Shown here piece by piece: positions 40,211-55,120 of a DNA stretch of 64,000 nucleotides. A program made the translations under genes and the position numbers. Origin of the DNA: Lingula anatina (Eukaryota > Animalia > Brachiopoda); the NCBI GenBank assembly GCA_051362555.1, contig CM120648.1, forward strand, positions 4,770,587 to 4,834,586, given 5' to 3'. Under the pieces are notes generated by a model that had not been told where the DNA came from, did not search any database, and saw only the letters and a list, made by a program, of their open reading frames with translations. The first letter of the stretch is position 1. Each line of letters begins with the position of its first letter.

Positions 40211-40363
40211 ATCAATAAAAGAGACGAACAATCAATCTCGAACACTATTTTATTGCCAGGATTATCAAATAATGTGGATTAAAGAGGTTTGCAAGGGAGG
40301 GCATCCAAGTAGGGGCTACTAGTAACGTAAAAGAATAAACGTTAAACTTATGACAAATAACCT

Positions 40364-40543
40364 GGCCCCAGTTTCACAAAAAAAGCTTAAGTCAGTTCCC
40401 TGGCTTAGTTGACTAGGATTTCCGTGAGAGTGCTGTAACACTGCTCCTGATAGGGTAAGATGTGCCCATGTGACCTTGTAACCTTGGTAATTAAGTTCTT
40501 TGCTAGGGAACCTGACTTAAGTTTTTTTTTTTTAACTGAGGCC
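40364..40543. mobile_element. ~180-bp MITE-like element upstream of exon 1
   Basis: Imperfect ~40-bp TIRs ggccccagtttcacaaaaaaagcttaagtcagttccct / agggaacctgacttaagtttttttttttaactgaggcc; possible CTG duplication at the ends. Confidence 0.55.
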
Positions 40544-40728
40544 TGAGCCCACAGGTTAGTCTAGGGGTCTCGGTGTGCCCACATCTTCAAAGCCCCCTTA
40601 CCCACCTCCACCCACCCAAACCCTGTTGAAAGTTATATGGTGAATCAAACTTCCATCTCTGAAGGAAAAAAGAGGAACATGTAGAATAGCGCGTATTGCC
40701 CAGCGGGGAGACGGAAAGAGAATCCTCC

Positions 40729-40729
<1 letters not shown>

Positions 40730-40768
<39 letters not shown>

Positions 40769-40786
40769 CACGCAGACACACACACA
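40730..40786. repeat. (AC)n microsatellite, interrupted
   Basis: Visible directly. Confidence 0.9.
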
Positions 40787-41904
40787 CTTTGTAGGCCTAA
40801 GATTTTGAATTGCCGTCGCACACCATCCCAAGTTCGATACATATCGAATGTTTTAAAAAGGACAGCCCTAGAAATACGTCTGGGTGACCCACTCTTAATA
40901 AATAAAACGTCGATATTCACATTAGATTTGTTTTGATGTCTTCCAATCTGGTCTAGGTTATATTTTATCGTAGTGTAATGTTAATAATTTACAGCCACGA
41001 GTGAAGTAGGAGCGGGGAATGTTTTGTAGAGTAACCAAGTTGATTGACTTAAGTGGAGAATGTAATGTAAACGGTGGAGCCCATTTGTAAGAGGTTGACG
41101 GGAGAGGAAGAAAATATAGGTAAGGTAGTTAGGAAGAGACAATAAAGAATATGAAGGAACAAGATAGCTGTTTAGTTCTTACCTCGCGTAATCAGTAAGA
41201 TAAGGTCAATACCTTCATGGCACTGGAATTCAGCTTATGAATGCTTATTGCAATTGATTCTTGGGCACATAATAAAGTATTTTCAGTAGATGTGGTAATA
41301 TCGCGTAACCAATACAAAATTGAGTATTGATCTGGTTTATACCAACTCGCTTTTCGTCATAAACGCTGCAGATTAGGACACCAAGTGCGGTAGCTGAGAC
41401 GAAGATTGCGATGACATCACATCAACCGCAATGCGATTGTGCTCATTGCTGTACTTCATGAGAATTTGGTCACCTTTCTGCCCCGTTAGAGCTGTAATGT
41501 ATGATTTCTTGAACAGAGGCTTCGCCATAAAAATATAAAGAGTGTACGGTTGTCTTGAAACTTTCAGAAATGAATGAATGTATAATTGGCGAAATCTTGA
41601 TGGCAATAAAGTGGGCCTAGGCGTTTGACTAAAGTGGCACTTTTATTATTCAGTAATATAACGAAAAAGAGAGTCCAATGCATCCCTCAGCGAGCAGAAG
41701 AAACTAGCGTGAATCCTAAGTCTGTGATACCAAATGCCACATTCATTTCCTTATGTTATATTAAAAAGATGCATGCAATAATAACAAAAAAATGACCTCA
41801 GATTTTATTTCAAATCTGCCTGTTAATTTAAAAACTGAATTATGCCATTACGTCATTATCCAGTTTAATTTCCTGTCGTTAATAAGGCATGCAACCAAAC
41901 TTGA

Positions 41905-41929
41905 ACACACACACACACTCACACACACA

Positions 41930-41970
<41 letters not shown>
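41905..41970. repeat. (AC)n microsatellite, interrupted
   Basis: Visible directly. Confidence 0.9.
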
Positions 41971-41976
<6 letters not shown>

Positions 41977-43194
41977 TTTCCGCTTTCTTGCTCCTCCCCT
42001 GTTCTATCCTAGGTTAACATGCACTGTTTTCACAACAAGCCTCTGTATGTCATCATCGTAATTTGTTGAACACGGTTTTGTTCAAGAGTGATTTCGAGTG
42101 CAAAAGTAGTACCCTGCGACACTTCAGCGATAAAAATGAGCACCAAAAAGTCATCACAGATCGATTCGGCATTGTTAACCTTTTCTTCCCCTTTTGTAGA
42201 ATCCTAAAGATTACCTCTTTATACTACATATGTTATTTCTTTCCGTTGACAAATACAAAGACTAACGACATTTTAATAATCATGGTTCAGACAATGTACC
42301 AGCACTTCCAGTGCGGGCATCGTTTTGTATAGAGCTTGTTCTCAATTCAAGAGAGTCAGGTGAAACGATCTTTATGTAATACAGGGCATATGGGCACAAA
42401 TAGGATTTTTAACTTTAAACAAAAAGGTGTAAGCTTTTCATAACAAGAGGATGTAAGGGTCATCTTAAGGGGGTATTTTTGGGGGGTGCATGGTGCATGG
42501 TGCAAATCCGGAGCACGGCGGCTAGAGAAATTGGCCACAGAATTTTCGGTAGTATTACAGTCGTTGAAGTGTTTTATCAAGCTAGGACATATGTTATGTG
42601 CTTGCTTGCCAATGAACGAGTCAACCGTCCTTTTGAATAACATCTTTAGTGACTGCATTTCATTTTTCTGACAGTTAAATTCTCTCTCTCTCTCTCTCTT
42701 CATCATTTTTCGTTGCAGATGATTTTAACCAAGCCCTGACTAACAGGGTTCCTGTCATTTTATATAAACGCAAAGTAATACATTCCAAACGTTCGTAATT
42801 TAACCGTGTTTTAAAAACACGACTATAAGACAAGTCAAAAGAGGACAGCAATAAAACGTCGAGTCATTGAAGAAGATTACCTGTTTTAAAAAGAAAATTG
42901 AATAAAACGTGCTCCAAGTCAAACACCCTTTTGTCGTCTAAAGATCTTTCAATAGATCTGTCATGAGAATTGTCAACCGACTTGGCATGCCTGGTGGGCC
43001 AACGTTCGTCCCTGGTCGTATTTTACTTCCCTTAAAGTGCAATTACACAATTCTTATTGCAGCTGGTATCCGTATTACCTACAGGGATTACAATTTAGTT
43101 TTTACGATTTTATGTTGTGACAGTTTTTCTTTTTTTTCCTCGTAAAATAGTTACACCTTTGGCGGTTGAACCAAATCTATGCAGACTACAAGAG

Positions 43195-43337
43195 GTTATA
43201 ATGATATAATATGATAGAGTAGAATACAATACGATACAATGCAATATAATACAATACAATACGATGAAATGCAGTACTGCACTCTACTTAGAGTGCAGTG
43301 CAGTGCAATGCAGTGCAGTACAGTACAATAAAATAAA
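43195..43337. repeat. Degenerate pentanucleotide array (ATACA / GTGCA)n
   Basis: 5-bp periodicity drifting from atata and ataca to gtgca and gtaca. Confidence 0.75.
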
Positions 43338-46300
43338 GAATTTCAGCCCTCCCCAAACATAATAATAATCTTAATAACATTAATAATGCTCGAAATCAAA
43401 GCAAAAGAATACCCCCAGTATTTTCTATTCCAGAATATAACTGCCATATATTCGGAGACAGTGAAACTCGGGGTGTGGATTTTTAAAAGCGTAAACCATT
43501 TTCGTCCTCGGAGCTACTTCTTAGTTTAAAGAAAACATTCTTCTTCGAAATTCGACATTATTTCAATGATGGACACATCTTTTGTTATTATACAGAATAG
43601 AAATATTTGGCATCTTTATCTTGGGGTCTAATAGTAAATAATGGCTATTCACGAAGTGCGGAACGCTTTTCCGTGACCCGTGCTCCTCTTTGCACCCGCT
43701 CTTCGCGTGTCTCGTCACCCGTTTTGTGCGTTCTCTTATATCTTTTTCATTAAATCAATATCTATATAGAAAGACGTCCCTTTATGCCTTAAAACCATCT
43801 GCACTTGACTAGTGCTGACGTACAATGGGCACACACACGTTCACATTCCAAAACCACCTTGTCAAAACATTGGTATGACATGGTATGACACGTTATACGC
43901 CTTGAACAAAAGGTTCATCCTTTAATACTGACGCAAATATTTGTTGAGTTTTGTGTTTTGTAAGAGAGGAAGATGCGCTTTATTTTTATGGAAGAAAAAG
44001 AATCGAAGGACGTTAAACTGTGGTATTAACGCGACTGATGGTTAAGATCGGGTTCTAACAGAGAACCGTCAAGTGGGTACTTCATTGCCTACTAGCATTT
44101 GGTTGCACTGCCTTCAGTTGCACTCTAAATTAAGTTCACAGCAAACGCTGAGACGGGGCTTGTCTATCAAAATGACCACTATATTCCCTAATGACCAGTA
44201 TCGAGGATGATGAAGTTCAAGTTCTTTTTAGAGAGTAAAAATTATTTTGATATCTATTCTTTCCTTATACATGTGTGTAAGCTATATGTATATTTACCAA
44301 TACAACACATTTGTCATATTTGTACAACCAAAAGATGACTATAATTGAACAGTAGCTATTGATAGGAACTTCTCCATGGAGCCTCCTGCATATTGGTAGA
44401 TTTAAAGTCATTATGCCACAAAAATTGCTAAAATATTATAGAGTGAGACATCCACAAAGGCTTAATAAACGGTTTGATCAGTTTAGATGAAAATGAATAA
44501 CAAATGAAAAAAGAGAGAAAAAAGTGATAATCTATGCTCTGAATTAGGATCCAGATTTCCCAACGTTTTATGGCCGGAACTATCCATTATATGCATTAAA
44601 CCGATGGTCACTTCAAAGTCCAGTACAATGTATAGTAATCGTAAATAAAATTAGAGCGTTTTGGGTTTCCAGATCAAGGGATCCGTTGTGATATATGAGC
44701 CTCGCGTGACACTGGTCAGTTCAACTGCCCACAAGATCTGTCCACTATAGATAAAGCCCAGCGGCTGTTAAGAATCATTTTCTGGGCTCTAGATCAAGGG
44801 TTTCGCGGCGATAAATAACCATAATGTCGCGGATCCTTTTTGAAGCTCCGGAAACGAAGATGTTAATGTTTTCGGTAATCAAAGATAAATATATGTGATT
44901 TTTTTTCTTACAAAAGGCGCTGAGGTTTTTTTTTTCTCCGCACGTGTTTCAAGAAAGTGAAGAATGTTGTTTTGTGGCGTTTTTGTGATGTTTTTAGCAA
45001 ACTTACGATTGTCGTAAATTGCCGTAAATTGTTGGTGGCTGCGTTAATCTGTGTAGTCTTTGAAAATGAGATTTCACAAACAGCAAAATGCGAAGACAAT
45101 AACCAATGAAACATTCGTAATTATTTGCCAAAGAAATTGATTCACTGTTGCACAAACTGATGTGTGCACGTGCCGAGATATTTGTCATCGTTATCTCCCA
45201 GGAATGACAACTGCTCCGCGTCCCGTGCTAAAAAGATCTTAGTGATTAGAGGAAGGGGGTGTCGTCGCCCCAGCGAGTTTGATCCACGTGCTGCGGCGCA
45301 TGACGAGCACGCGGCTCAGCTGATCTTATATTTTATTAATATTGAGACACGAGGTCTACTTTGTCCTCTGAATGTTGACATCGATGGCCCACGTGTGTCC
45401 AAGGGGGGGGGGGGAGTGAAGAAACCAGCATGATTTTTCACATGATTCGTACAGGTACGTATATCGTTAGCTAAGATATTATAAATATATCAATAAAAAG
45501 AAAACCGAAAAACAATTGGAATGTCCATTAAATTCCAATGTATGTAACATTGTCTATGTCCTGTTTTGTATTGACCAGTTTATACAGTAAGTTTTGTTGA
45601 TAGTTTTGGATGAATTTTTTAATGATGAGTGGTCCCTGCACTCTGATCTACTGTTTTAACGTAGATATTCATGAAGCCATTAGAGCTGATCACGTGACGT
45701 CCCGCGCAAGTTAACAAGCTCACCGCTGTCGACGATAACGTAGATAAATCACACTTTAACCACCAGATAACGATGAGCTTCTGCCCTTCTCGCTCAATTA
45801 ATGACAGGGGGTTTATCTTTGAGTTGGGTATTATAAATATATTAGCTGGGCCTACACCCCTTTTCCGGGGCACCTCACCGGGTCAGGATGGTAGAGGAAT
45901 TCTAATTATCTTGTTTTTGAATTGTATCTCGAATCTTGGCTTGAGGTGCACGAGTGAGTCGAATTAAAAGGAGGGTCGAGGGAGGGGTCGAACCGTAGGT
46001 CTGTTATCTATATAAAAGATAGTCATGCATGCAAAGACTTTTTTAAGAATTAACATTCTTACTGCCGGTCTGTATTTTTTCTTTTATTTATTTATTTCCT
46101 GTATCATATTTTAATTTTTATCCCCTTTCTTATTCCTTTTATTTGCTTTCTTAACAGCATACGTTAAGTGAGAGGACGACTGAGATTGATTTTTACTTGT
46201 ACATACACTCTCAAAAGAGTGATTCGCTATCTCTCTCTCTCTCTCTCTCGTGCACCCCAGTAAACACAATACAAAAACATTCCCCCGGCACACCCTCTAT

Positions 46301-48446
46301 CTCTTAGAGAATATCTTCAATTGACACGAATATTTGTTCAGTCCATTTAAGAGTATTATCTGTCACTTCGGACTACTCGAATGAATAGTGTGAATATCAT
46401 GGAATGTCTAAATATTTATATATAAGATATATGTTTGCCATAATGCAGCACCACAGTCCTTTATACCTGTAAGACGTATGTCATTGTCATCTCAACACGT
46501 ATTCCGTCTTCTTTACAGCCTGGTATTGGAGGCATTCCTCATAAGTTAAAAATTGACATGTCTCTTCACTACCAGTACTTTGATTTCCTATCATTTACCT
46601 TCACCTCGCATACAGAATAGGCAAATAGGCATGGGCATATGTATTTATGTAGATATTAGGTCCAAAGGCTGGCTTTTTGAGGGGGTGGGGCGCTTTTGTT
46701 GGGAAAATATGTCCGTTCTGAACCGCCTATCTGCGTTATACTGTACGTGTACTCAAAGTGGGCCCTTTATGTGGCATTTTAGCATCTGTTAGCATTAGGA
46801 TGTGATTCTTATTCCCTCACTAAAATCTTGACCACTAATTAAGTGTCATTATTAAGATATTTAGCTTCAACCTTAACTTGGAAATGCTGCGTACAGAAAT
46901 CAACTCTCATGCGGTCTTTAAAACCACGTTTTTGTGTGTTCTTTCTCTCTCTTTCTCTCTCTCTCTCTTTTGCCCCCATTTTGCCGAGGAGAAGACACGG
47001 TCCACATCATCTTGCATTCTGCGATAAGTCGTGTTGACCGAGCACTATTAATTAAACTGTCGTTTGTCCATGTAGTTGTCAACGCAAAAATCAGAGTACA
47101 CATGTAACAGACATTGGGTGAGTCTTTACAGGTGAACCAAAGGTTAAAATAAACAGGTGTTAGCGGTGAGAATTTCCTTAAATACATTTAAATTGCCCAC
47201 TCTTTCCCCTTACTTTTACTTCATGCTGCAGGGAAAATGTTTGACAATGTTTCTCACATTTTGGCAAATTTTACGCTATACTTACAACCCCTGACAAAAT
47301 GACAGGTTCGGCAATTCACTGCTGTCGCAGGATGGGTGCAGAGAATATCGTGGTAAAATTATTCAAAAGTATGCAATATGCCTAAACTGAAATTTCGCTT
47401 AATAGTAATGTTAAAATGATCATTTCCACATCGGTGTCCTACTAAAATGATTGATAATCTTAACAGGCCGCAACTAAAGATTCTAGGCTACATATTTCGG
47501 GACCGGGTCATATGTTTTGACTTTTATTTCATTTTTTGGCACCTCACCCTGTACATACAGCTTCTTGTACAATCACCGTACAAACCCGCATAAAAATAAA
47601 GTGCTTGATCTCGAATAAATGGAGACTTCCACGCACAAAAGCGGTGAAACTCCGAACCTGACAGGTACTTAACGTCGTGCAACGTGATACATGTTATTAG
47701 AATTCTTATGCAGCCCCTAACGATATTGGACACCAAAAGAATTTACAGAGACAGAGAATAGAGAAAGAAAGAAATCGTCTCTCTCCATCTTCAAACAAAG
47801 AAGCCATCGCAGATGCTGGTTGCGTTGCGACCGAGGCGGCATTGACGTTTCGCGTTCTTTTCTGTGATAAAGCCTAATGAGCAGAACATTAACCTCAATA
47901 TTCCGTATAATAACGGGGATCAAGTGCCGCACTTTAAGATCGAGTGTAGCGTCTGAGGGGTGATAGGATCTTGGGCCGCTTCGGCCAGTGGTCAAATGTC
48001 CACCCTAATGGTCGAATGTCCATCTCGAACCGCACTGTGACATAACGGGCTTCGGGTAAATAGAAACTAATGGTCTCTTCGTGTTTATTTGAATAGATGG
48101 CGAGTTTTGGGTGAACTTTGACTCCTCGATAAGGCACAATTAATGGAAATTAGCCAGTTAATGAGTTGAAATGCACCTTGAAATTAGACTTGATAAATGA
48201 TGTTTTTCTTTTCCAATAGAGGATATGGCGGGAGAAGCAGGTGAAACCTCTTTCCGTTCCCCCTGCATACCTTTCTGACAGACGACGAGGTGCAAAAAGA
48301 GTTGACACGTGGAATTTGGAGACTAGAGAAAATAATGAAAAGAAGTTATATTTGTCTAAATTCATTTAATTTTTAAGCGTCTGCCAGTGCATGAAGTTGG
48401 TTTGCTCATTTTTTAAAAAAATGAAGATGTTGCTACCCTCTTCCCG

Positions 48447-48448
<2 letters not shown>

Positions 48449-48488
<40 letters not shown>
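48449..48488. repeat. (TC)n microsatellite
   Basis: Visible directly. Confidence 0.95.
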
Positions 48489-48492
<4 letters not shown>

Positions 48493-51400
48493 AACCACGC
48501 AAACACACCCGCACATGGAGAAAATTGTGCTAAATTGTGTAGAGCTCCAAAAACACCAATCTGACAACTTCGAGCTTAAAAACCTTAACAAAGAGAACAC
48601 TTGTTCAGGCAAGTTACGGCGGCCTTTATCTTTGAAGAACAGGAATATTTTGCATCCCATTAAAGGTTGGTTTTAAAAGATTGATGCAGTTTAAAAAATT
48701 GGTGTAGTTGTGATAGTTACATCCATACAATTATATCATTTGATTTCATATTTTGGCTAATCTTTTTACTTTTCTTATCGTCGGTTGCATGTTTTAACTA
48801 TTTGAAGCAGAATACTATGCATTGTATCTTATATCTTTGAAAGGGAGGAGCTGTACCTTGTCACAAATTAAATTTGTCACAAATCCGCTTGGCGGTCTGT
48901 CTGACATGAAGTGCATCTTACACTTCGTCTCTTTCTTTCATTGTCACATCTTTAAGTTGACAGCGTCTGTGGTTCGCGATGTTAGATCTTTCTGGACAAG
49001 GTCTGCGTTCAGACCGTTTTGGCTCTACAACGTTCTACCAGACGAAATGTCAATTATATACTGTAATTAACCGAGATACCCGAGACCTTCACTTTCATCA
49101 TTATTTTTCACAGACCAAAATGATCAAATCAGTGGTTTATTCATTTGGTCGTCTGAGGACGCGATTAAGACCCAAATCGATGTGCGTCTCTAAGCCTGAA
49201 CGACCCGTCTAAGGGGACATCAGCGCCAGAAGTTGGAGACACGGTGACGTTGGCTGTGGTGTCACTCGTCAGGGCTCCAATTACCCCTTTCTGACTGTCG
49301 TACCGGGGTTCGTCTGTGACACTAATTGGTATTAAGAGAAATCAGCTTTTCTTTTCATTTAATCATAAGCTATCACAGCGTTTTATTCATTGGTGCAACA
49401 CTTATTCCTCTCTAAACTAAGCTGTGGTCAGTCATCATAATCTGCGCAGACGAGATTTATTGCGCATGAGCAGTAGACATTAAAATGATGCAAAGTCGTG
49501 TCCCCGTCGCGTCAGTGCAACTTAATTCATTTATCTCTTCTTCTTGAAAGTTCAAAAAGAGAAAAAGTTCTAAAAATAAATTCTTGAAAAGTTTTTCAAT
49601 AAAAAAATGACTGTAAGGGGGTGCTGTTTCGCTGAATTCAGTGAATTCTTTAATTTTTTAATACATCAAAATTTTTTACAGCTTTATACATGTATTTCAT
49701 AATGAAAAATCAATTTGGGGGTTATCTGATGGGTGACCACCATTCTGTAACAAAACAGTATTTTGGAAACAATGTGTCAGAATTTACTTTCATCGTCTCC
49801 TTGATATACCAAACAAAAATCTTAGACAGAAATGGCATTCTCTTTTGATTATGAGTCCCATTCACATCGAAACTCTAACACCCTCTCATTTTCACAACCT
49901 CCTTGAGACAAAGTATCTTTGCAAGAACTATTTTGGCAACAGTGACCGTTTTAATACAATGTACAAACACTACAGTGGCCAACAACCGCGTAATCCCTGT
50001 TCACAAAATGTCTCCAAGACATACATTAATACATCTTAGCATTGTGTCTTTAAAAGTTGTAGGTTGTCCACCTTTAGCCGGATTTTGGAAAGCCCTCTTC
50101 AGACTTTTATTGTGAATGGTCATTTCTTTGGCTCACAGGGTATGTTATTTTATTATCTTCTTTAAAACGAAGCAGCATTAAGGCGAAGAATGTGAACAAT
50201 TTGTTAGAGACACAGTCGAACTCCTCCCCCTTACTTTGCCTCGTGGGTTAGAACTACATCGTATTATACGTGGAAATAACAACATTTTAAAGTAGAGCTT
50301 AAGGGTCAATTTTACCCTGAACTAGCTTGTGAACTGTATTCAGTGCAAGTTTTCCGTTACTTTATCCTTTGTTTGAAGGGAAAAAAACAAGACAGTTGAG
50401 TGATTGAAATAGATTCAAGAAAAACGTATTGTGAATGTTGTAAAAATTTTGCAAATCAATGGCTGGCCATTATTTGATTCAATCAAATCACTTGAATTTT
50501 TTGGCCTGTCGTATCACGTTATGAACCACGCACACCCAATTATTTTAATTTTTATGTTAAAACAAAGCTGAGTGCACACACACACACACATGTAAAAACA
50601 CACACGCACACACACACACACACACACAACACTCGCGCATGCCTGCACACATACACACACACACTATAGAGAAAGACTGAGAGTCGAATTCTACCGCTAC
50701 GTGCAAGCAGTAAGGCCATATTTACACTTTACCCAAAGAGCGGGAATACCGCCGGGAATCGGCCACACTTGAGACACGTGGAAACACTAGAGGAGGACGG
50801 GTTTTACCGCCCTACACTTCTAGCCACTTCATTCCACCTCAAGTACACTTAACTCATGTCCAATTAATTTAATTGTTCCCCCAAAGTATTTGGCATGACT
50901 AAGCTTTGGTCGTAAGACTTTTGCACCCAGGTCCACACTTCGATACGATTGTCTCTTGTGCATTTTCGGAATGACTTTTTTATTTTTGAAATGTTCGGAG
51001 TGTTTCCACTCGGTATCCGGATTTGCTCTATTACCAAGACAGTCGGGGAGTATTGGTAGTCGTGTTTTACAATACTGTAAAATTGAAAAAAGGGCAAATT
51101 AAACGAAATTAAAGAAGTCACAAAAACATACACGGAAATGGACGCTTTATTTCTTTTTTTTCACCTCTACTTTTATACACACCGACAGGAAACGTGTTTG
51201 GTTAAGAATTTAAGATCAAGATAATTCTGGATTGAAGAGTAAAAGTTTTAGATCAAGCCTGTAAGAATTGTATTTTTCGATGATATTTTTACACCCTTTA
51301 CTTACTTTCCCGCCTATAAACCCTGCCTTTTGCCAGTTTCTTACACTCCAGAGCAGAAAACAAACAGAACACGATATGTAAGACCAAACCGCTACAACGA

Positions 51401-52747
51401 GCGATCTTATTCCCTCTCAGTTATTCCGACTTAAACAAAAGAGCTCTTGAGTACATCCACCCTGTCCGCCACCGGCAGGGAAATCAAATTAAGTGCAGAT
51501 TTAGTTATCTCGATTTTACCTCCGGAAGAAAACCCTTGAATCAATTTCAAGAAATCTTTTATTTCGAATCTTATGAGACGTAAAAAATATCCAAAGGGCT
51601 CAGTAAGTTTGCACAGCCTTATAGAGTGTTTCACATTAAGAGTGGTTAGCTCGGATTTAAATCTACATAAAAATGTGTTCTTTTCACTGTGGTTAAGGCG
51701 AAAATATAGATAGCAATCTCCCAGCAAAAGACCTTCGTCTCATTTCATGCTGCTTAAGATGGGCATCGTCCACAAAGCCGCGTTTTAACAAATATAAAAA
51801 TTACCATTGACAGAAACTATCTGAATACTTGTATTATGTGTCTGGGACTAGGTACCCGTTCATGTCGAAAAATGAATCTTCTCTGCACCCCCGAAGACGT
51901 GAATCAACATGGCGTTAAAGTGCCGTATTATATGGTGTCATGCGCCCATTGCAGTTACTGTCTGGTACGGACATTGGGGCGACGTAATTAATGAACGACC
52001 CCTGACAGACGCATTGTGTCGTCTGACATTTTATTGCAAAATTTGAAAGGAAGGTTTCTGCTTTTCTTTCAATTTGTAAAGAAGTTCATTGCTTTTCTTT
52101 TAAATTTTTTTCCGGTTTGATGTTATATCGACTTCTCTTGGTTGAGTGTTATTTTAACCCCTCTTCCAATGAGGTTGCTATTAATATTGCCACACGACCT
52201 GGAAATCTGCTTATTTTAGCGTGTTTGTGCACCAGCAATTCGAAAACCTTAATCAAAGCCGATTAACGTGGAAAACTGAAGCCGTTCAATCTAAACATGG
52301 CTCTCCATCTCACTCCTCACACCTGGCACGAGACCTCGCCGGGGGGAATGCAACGCGGGTTTCTGATTGGTTGAAAATAATTACCTGAAGCGTGGGAATC
52401 GTTTGCCGCATAACTTCACACACGATACCCTACGGGTGACGCAACTGAGCGTTAGGGAGATAAGATGAGATATACAAACACTTAGAAAAAGACTATTACC
52501 GATCAATAGCAAACAAATGCGTCTGTTTGCCTCTCCACATGTAACTACCTACACGGGTGCTCTCTTGGGCACTGAGACTCATTAATTACCCCAACGGGCT
52601 TTATTTTCTGCTTATTTTCATAGACTGTGTTTTTATTGCATTTTTCACGATAAAGGTCTTTTGGTACTGAGCTCTGACCCGAATTAACGCACAATTCTTG
52701 AAATTTCTTATAAATTTAAAAGTGGTGTGTTTATTTTTGCTTTTGCC

Positions 52748-52752
<5 letters not shown>

Positions 52753-52794
<42 letters not shown>
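52753..52794. repeat. (TC)n microsatellite
   Basis: Visible directly. Confidence 0.95.
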
Positions 52795-52797
<3 letters not shown>

Positions 52798-55060
52798 TTG
52801 TGTGTGTGTTGTTGTTGTTGATATATCTCGGACATTCGTGAGAATTTGATCCCAATGCAATGAAATTACACTATGAAACAGTAGCGGAAGTGTTACATCT
52901 ATGATAAATATAACAGGGTGATAAAACCTGACTTTATTTTATTAAGGAAAAACTCCTTTATTTCAAAGCAGTATGGACCTGGATACCATAACTTAACCTT
53001 TATCTCTTTATACATAGTTACCTAAAACAATAATACAAATTTTCTGCGTATTACTATAGATTCAATTTACCTTCAAAGTGGCGATATTTTCAGGATCTAA
53101 TTAACTGTTGATTATATCAGAAGCTGATGAGTACGTCTTATTTGCCCGTTTTGATATCTTTTGATAACTTTATGCGCTTTTCATAAAAGATTTTGCTTTA
53201 ACACTGAGGACCTCAAGGGCCGATCTTAATTCTTTGTTTTGGTCTTAAACCGGTTTTACGTCAAAGTATGAAATAAACACAAGGTCCTCTGTTTCAAACA
53301 GGTTTTTGATTTCATCTCAACCTGTTTTTAAAAAAAAGCAAACACACATCGACTAAATCGTCCTGCTAGTATGACAACTCGGTAAGACGGTTGGTTATTA
53401 AGACGCGCTTAGGGCGTGCCTCGATAGAATCAATCTTAGACAAGATTATTGACTCAGGTGTGGAATGGATGACAGCTCTGTTATGATTTTAATCGCAAAA
53501 ATAACATATGCATATCACCTGAGCGTTCTTTGATGTTGGTGCGAAAATGCACGAACGTGCCCAGAAAGCAATCTCAATTTTAGACTGGTTCAAGTGGTAT
53601 TATTACTGGATGTATTCAATGCCACGGTTGTATTATTGTTTACAGGTTCATTGAGACTGTTCTCAAAAATATCGCTGATAATTAAGTACTGGTCTTTGTG
53701 GATATTGCACAAAATAAATCTTATAGTAAATCTTATAGCATCTTATAGTAAATTAGGGCGAAAACGTGCTGGCCTTTGGGTTGATACCTGTGAAAGATGT
53801 TCTAAATTTTTATTCTTTTCACTACTATAATCTTTATGCCTACTGTATCTATCAAACGACTATATTTCGCCTCTCAACTTCGTTTCGTTATTTACAGGTA
53901 GATTATTTATAAATACTCAGGTCGCAGCAATCAGTTCAATTATGCTGAATGGAACACCTCTCTGGTTGTCCAACTACAGTATTTGATATTGAATCTGATT
54001 TTATAGCTTTCAGATACAACTGTCTATTTGCAACAGAAAAACACCCCGATGAGTAAAATTTTTCTTAAAACAGGCAGGCATTGTGGAGGGGAGGGGGGGC
54101 GAGTGGTTCGAAAGAAGCTCTCTTTTGGCTGGAAAAATCCACAGTGACTCAAAACGTGTTCTAGGTTCTATCTTCACTCAAATTGGTTCAACTTAACAAG
54201 TAAAGAAATTCTTTCAGAAAAAGACCCCACCCACTCTAAAATTCCTGGCTGCAGGCTTGAATATGTTCGTTAAAAAAGGGATGATTTCAAGATTGGCTTG
54301 CTGTCAAATGCACCTCCCGGCTGACTGTCAAAAGAATGTCAATATTAGCCAAATATAACTGCGGTTAACCTTTGGTACATCAAACTGTTCATAACTTCAT
54401 GATGACGAAGCTGTAATCTCGCTACCTTATAAATGTGAATAAAAGGGATAAACTCCTCTTATGACTTGATATATGACTTTATATATAATGACTTTGCATC
54501 AATGGATACGCGCGAGCATGCGTGTGCGTGCGTACGTGTATGTTTGAGTATATGTTCAATAAAAAATACTTTATAAAGACAGGTTCATACAGGGAGAAAC
54601 AAAAATGTTCTTTTGAAACATGTCTCATATAAAGAGATTTATTTCATTTGATTTGATGGCTACCTCGTCTAAGAGATGGGTGTGGATCATATAGCTATTC
54701 AGGTTAGGGTTGGAATACACATATCGATGGCAAAATCTAAAAAATGGATGAAAAAAATTATTTCATGTTTTGATCTGCATGTTTTGTTTTGCATTAACTT
54801 GCCATGTTATTGAAAAATGTGCATGTCAAGACGCAGCTTTAAGCTGCTGGTCATTGTTTGCAAAAAAAAGGACGCTGCGTCGTGTCCTCTGAAGTAGTTC
54901 TCACACGCGTCGTGGTAAAATAAACACCGGTAAAAATGCCCCCGACGTGCAACGAGTACCACTGGACATTTCATTACCAGTGTAGATTATAATGTCAACA
55001 CCCTGCGAGGTGCCAAAGCCACGTTTTGGTGTGGATCTGTTACATCGAATTAGGTCGGAG

Positions 55061-55120
55061 ACATCCGATTGTTGACCGATGATATCCGAGTGTTGACCGA
55101 TGATATCCGAATGTTTACCG
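55061..55120. repeat. 21-bp tandem repeat x~3 (atatccgagtgttgaccgatg)
   Basis: Visible directly; explains the HSDIIGQ repeat in the spurious ORF 54901-55158. Confidence 0.8.

Noticed and set aside
49480-50053. TTAA-flanked (Kolobok-like) element ending gtgtctttaa; similar hint at 3903-4460
   Set aside because: Could not find matching inverted termini at both ends.
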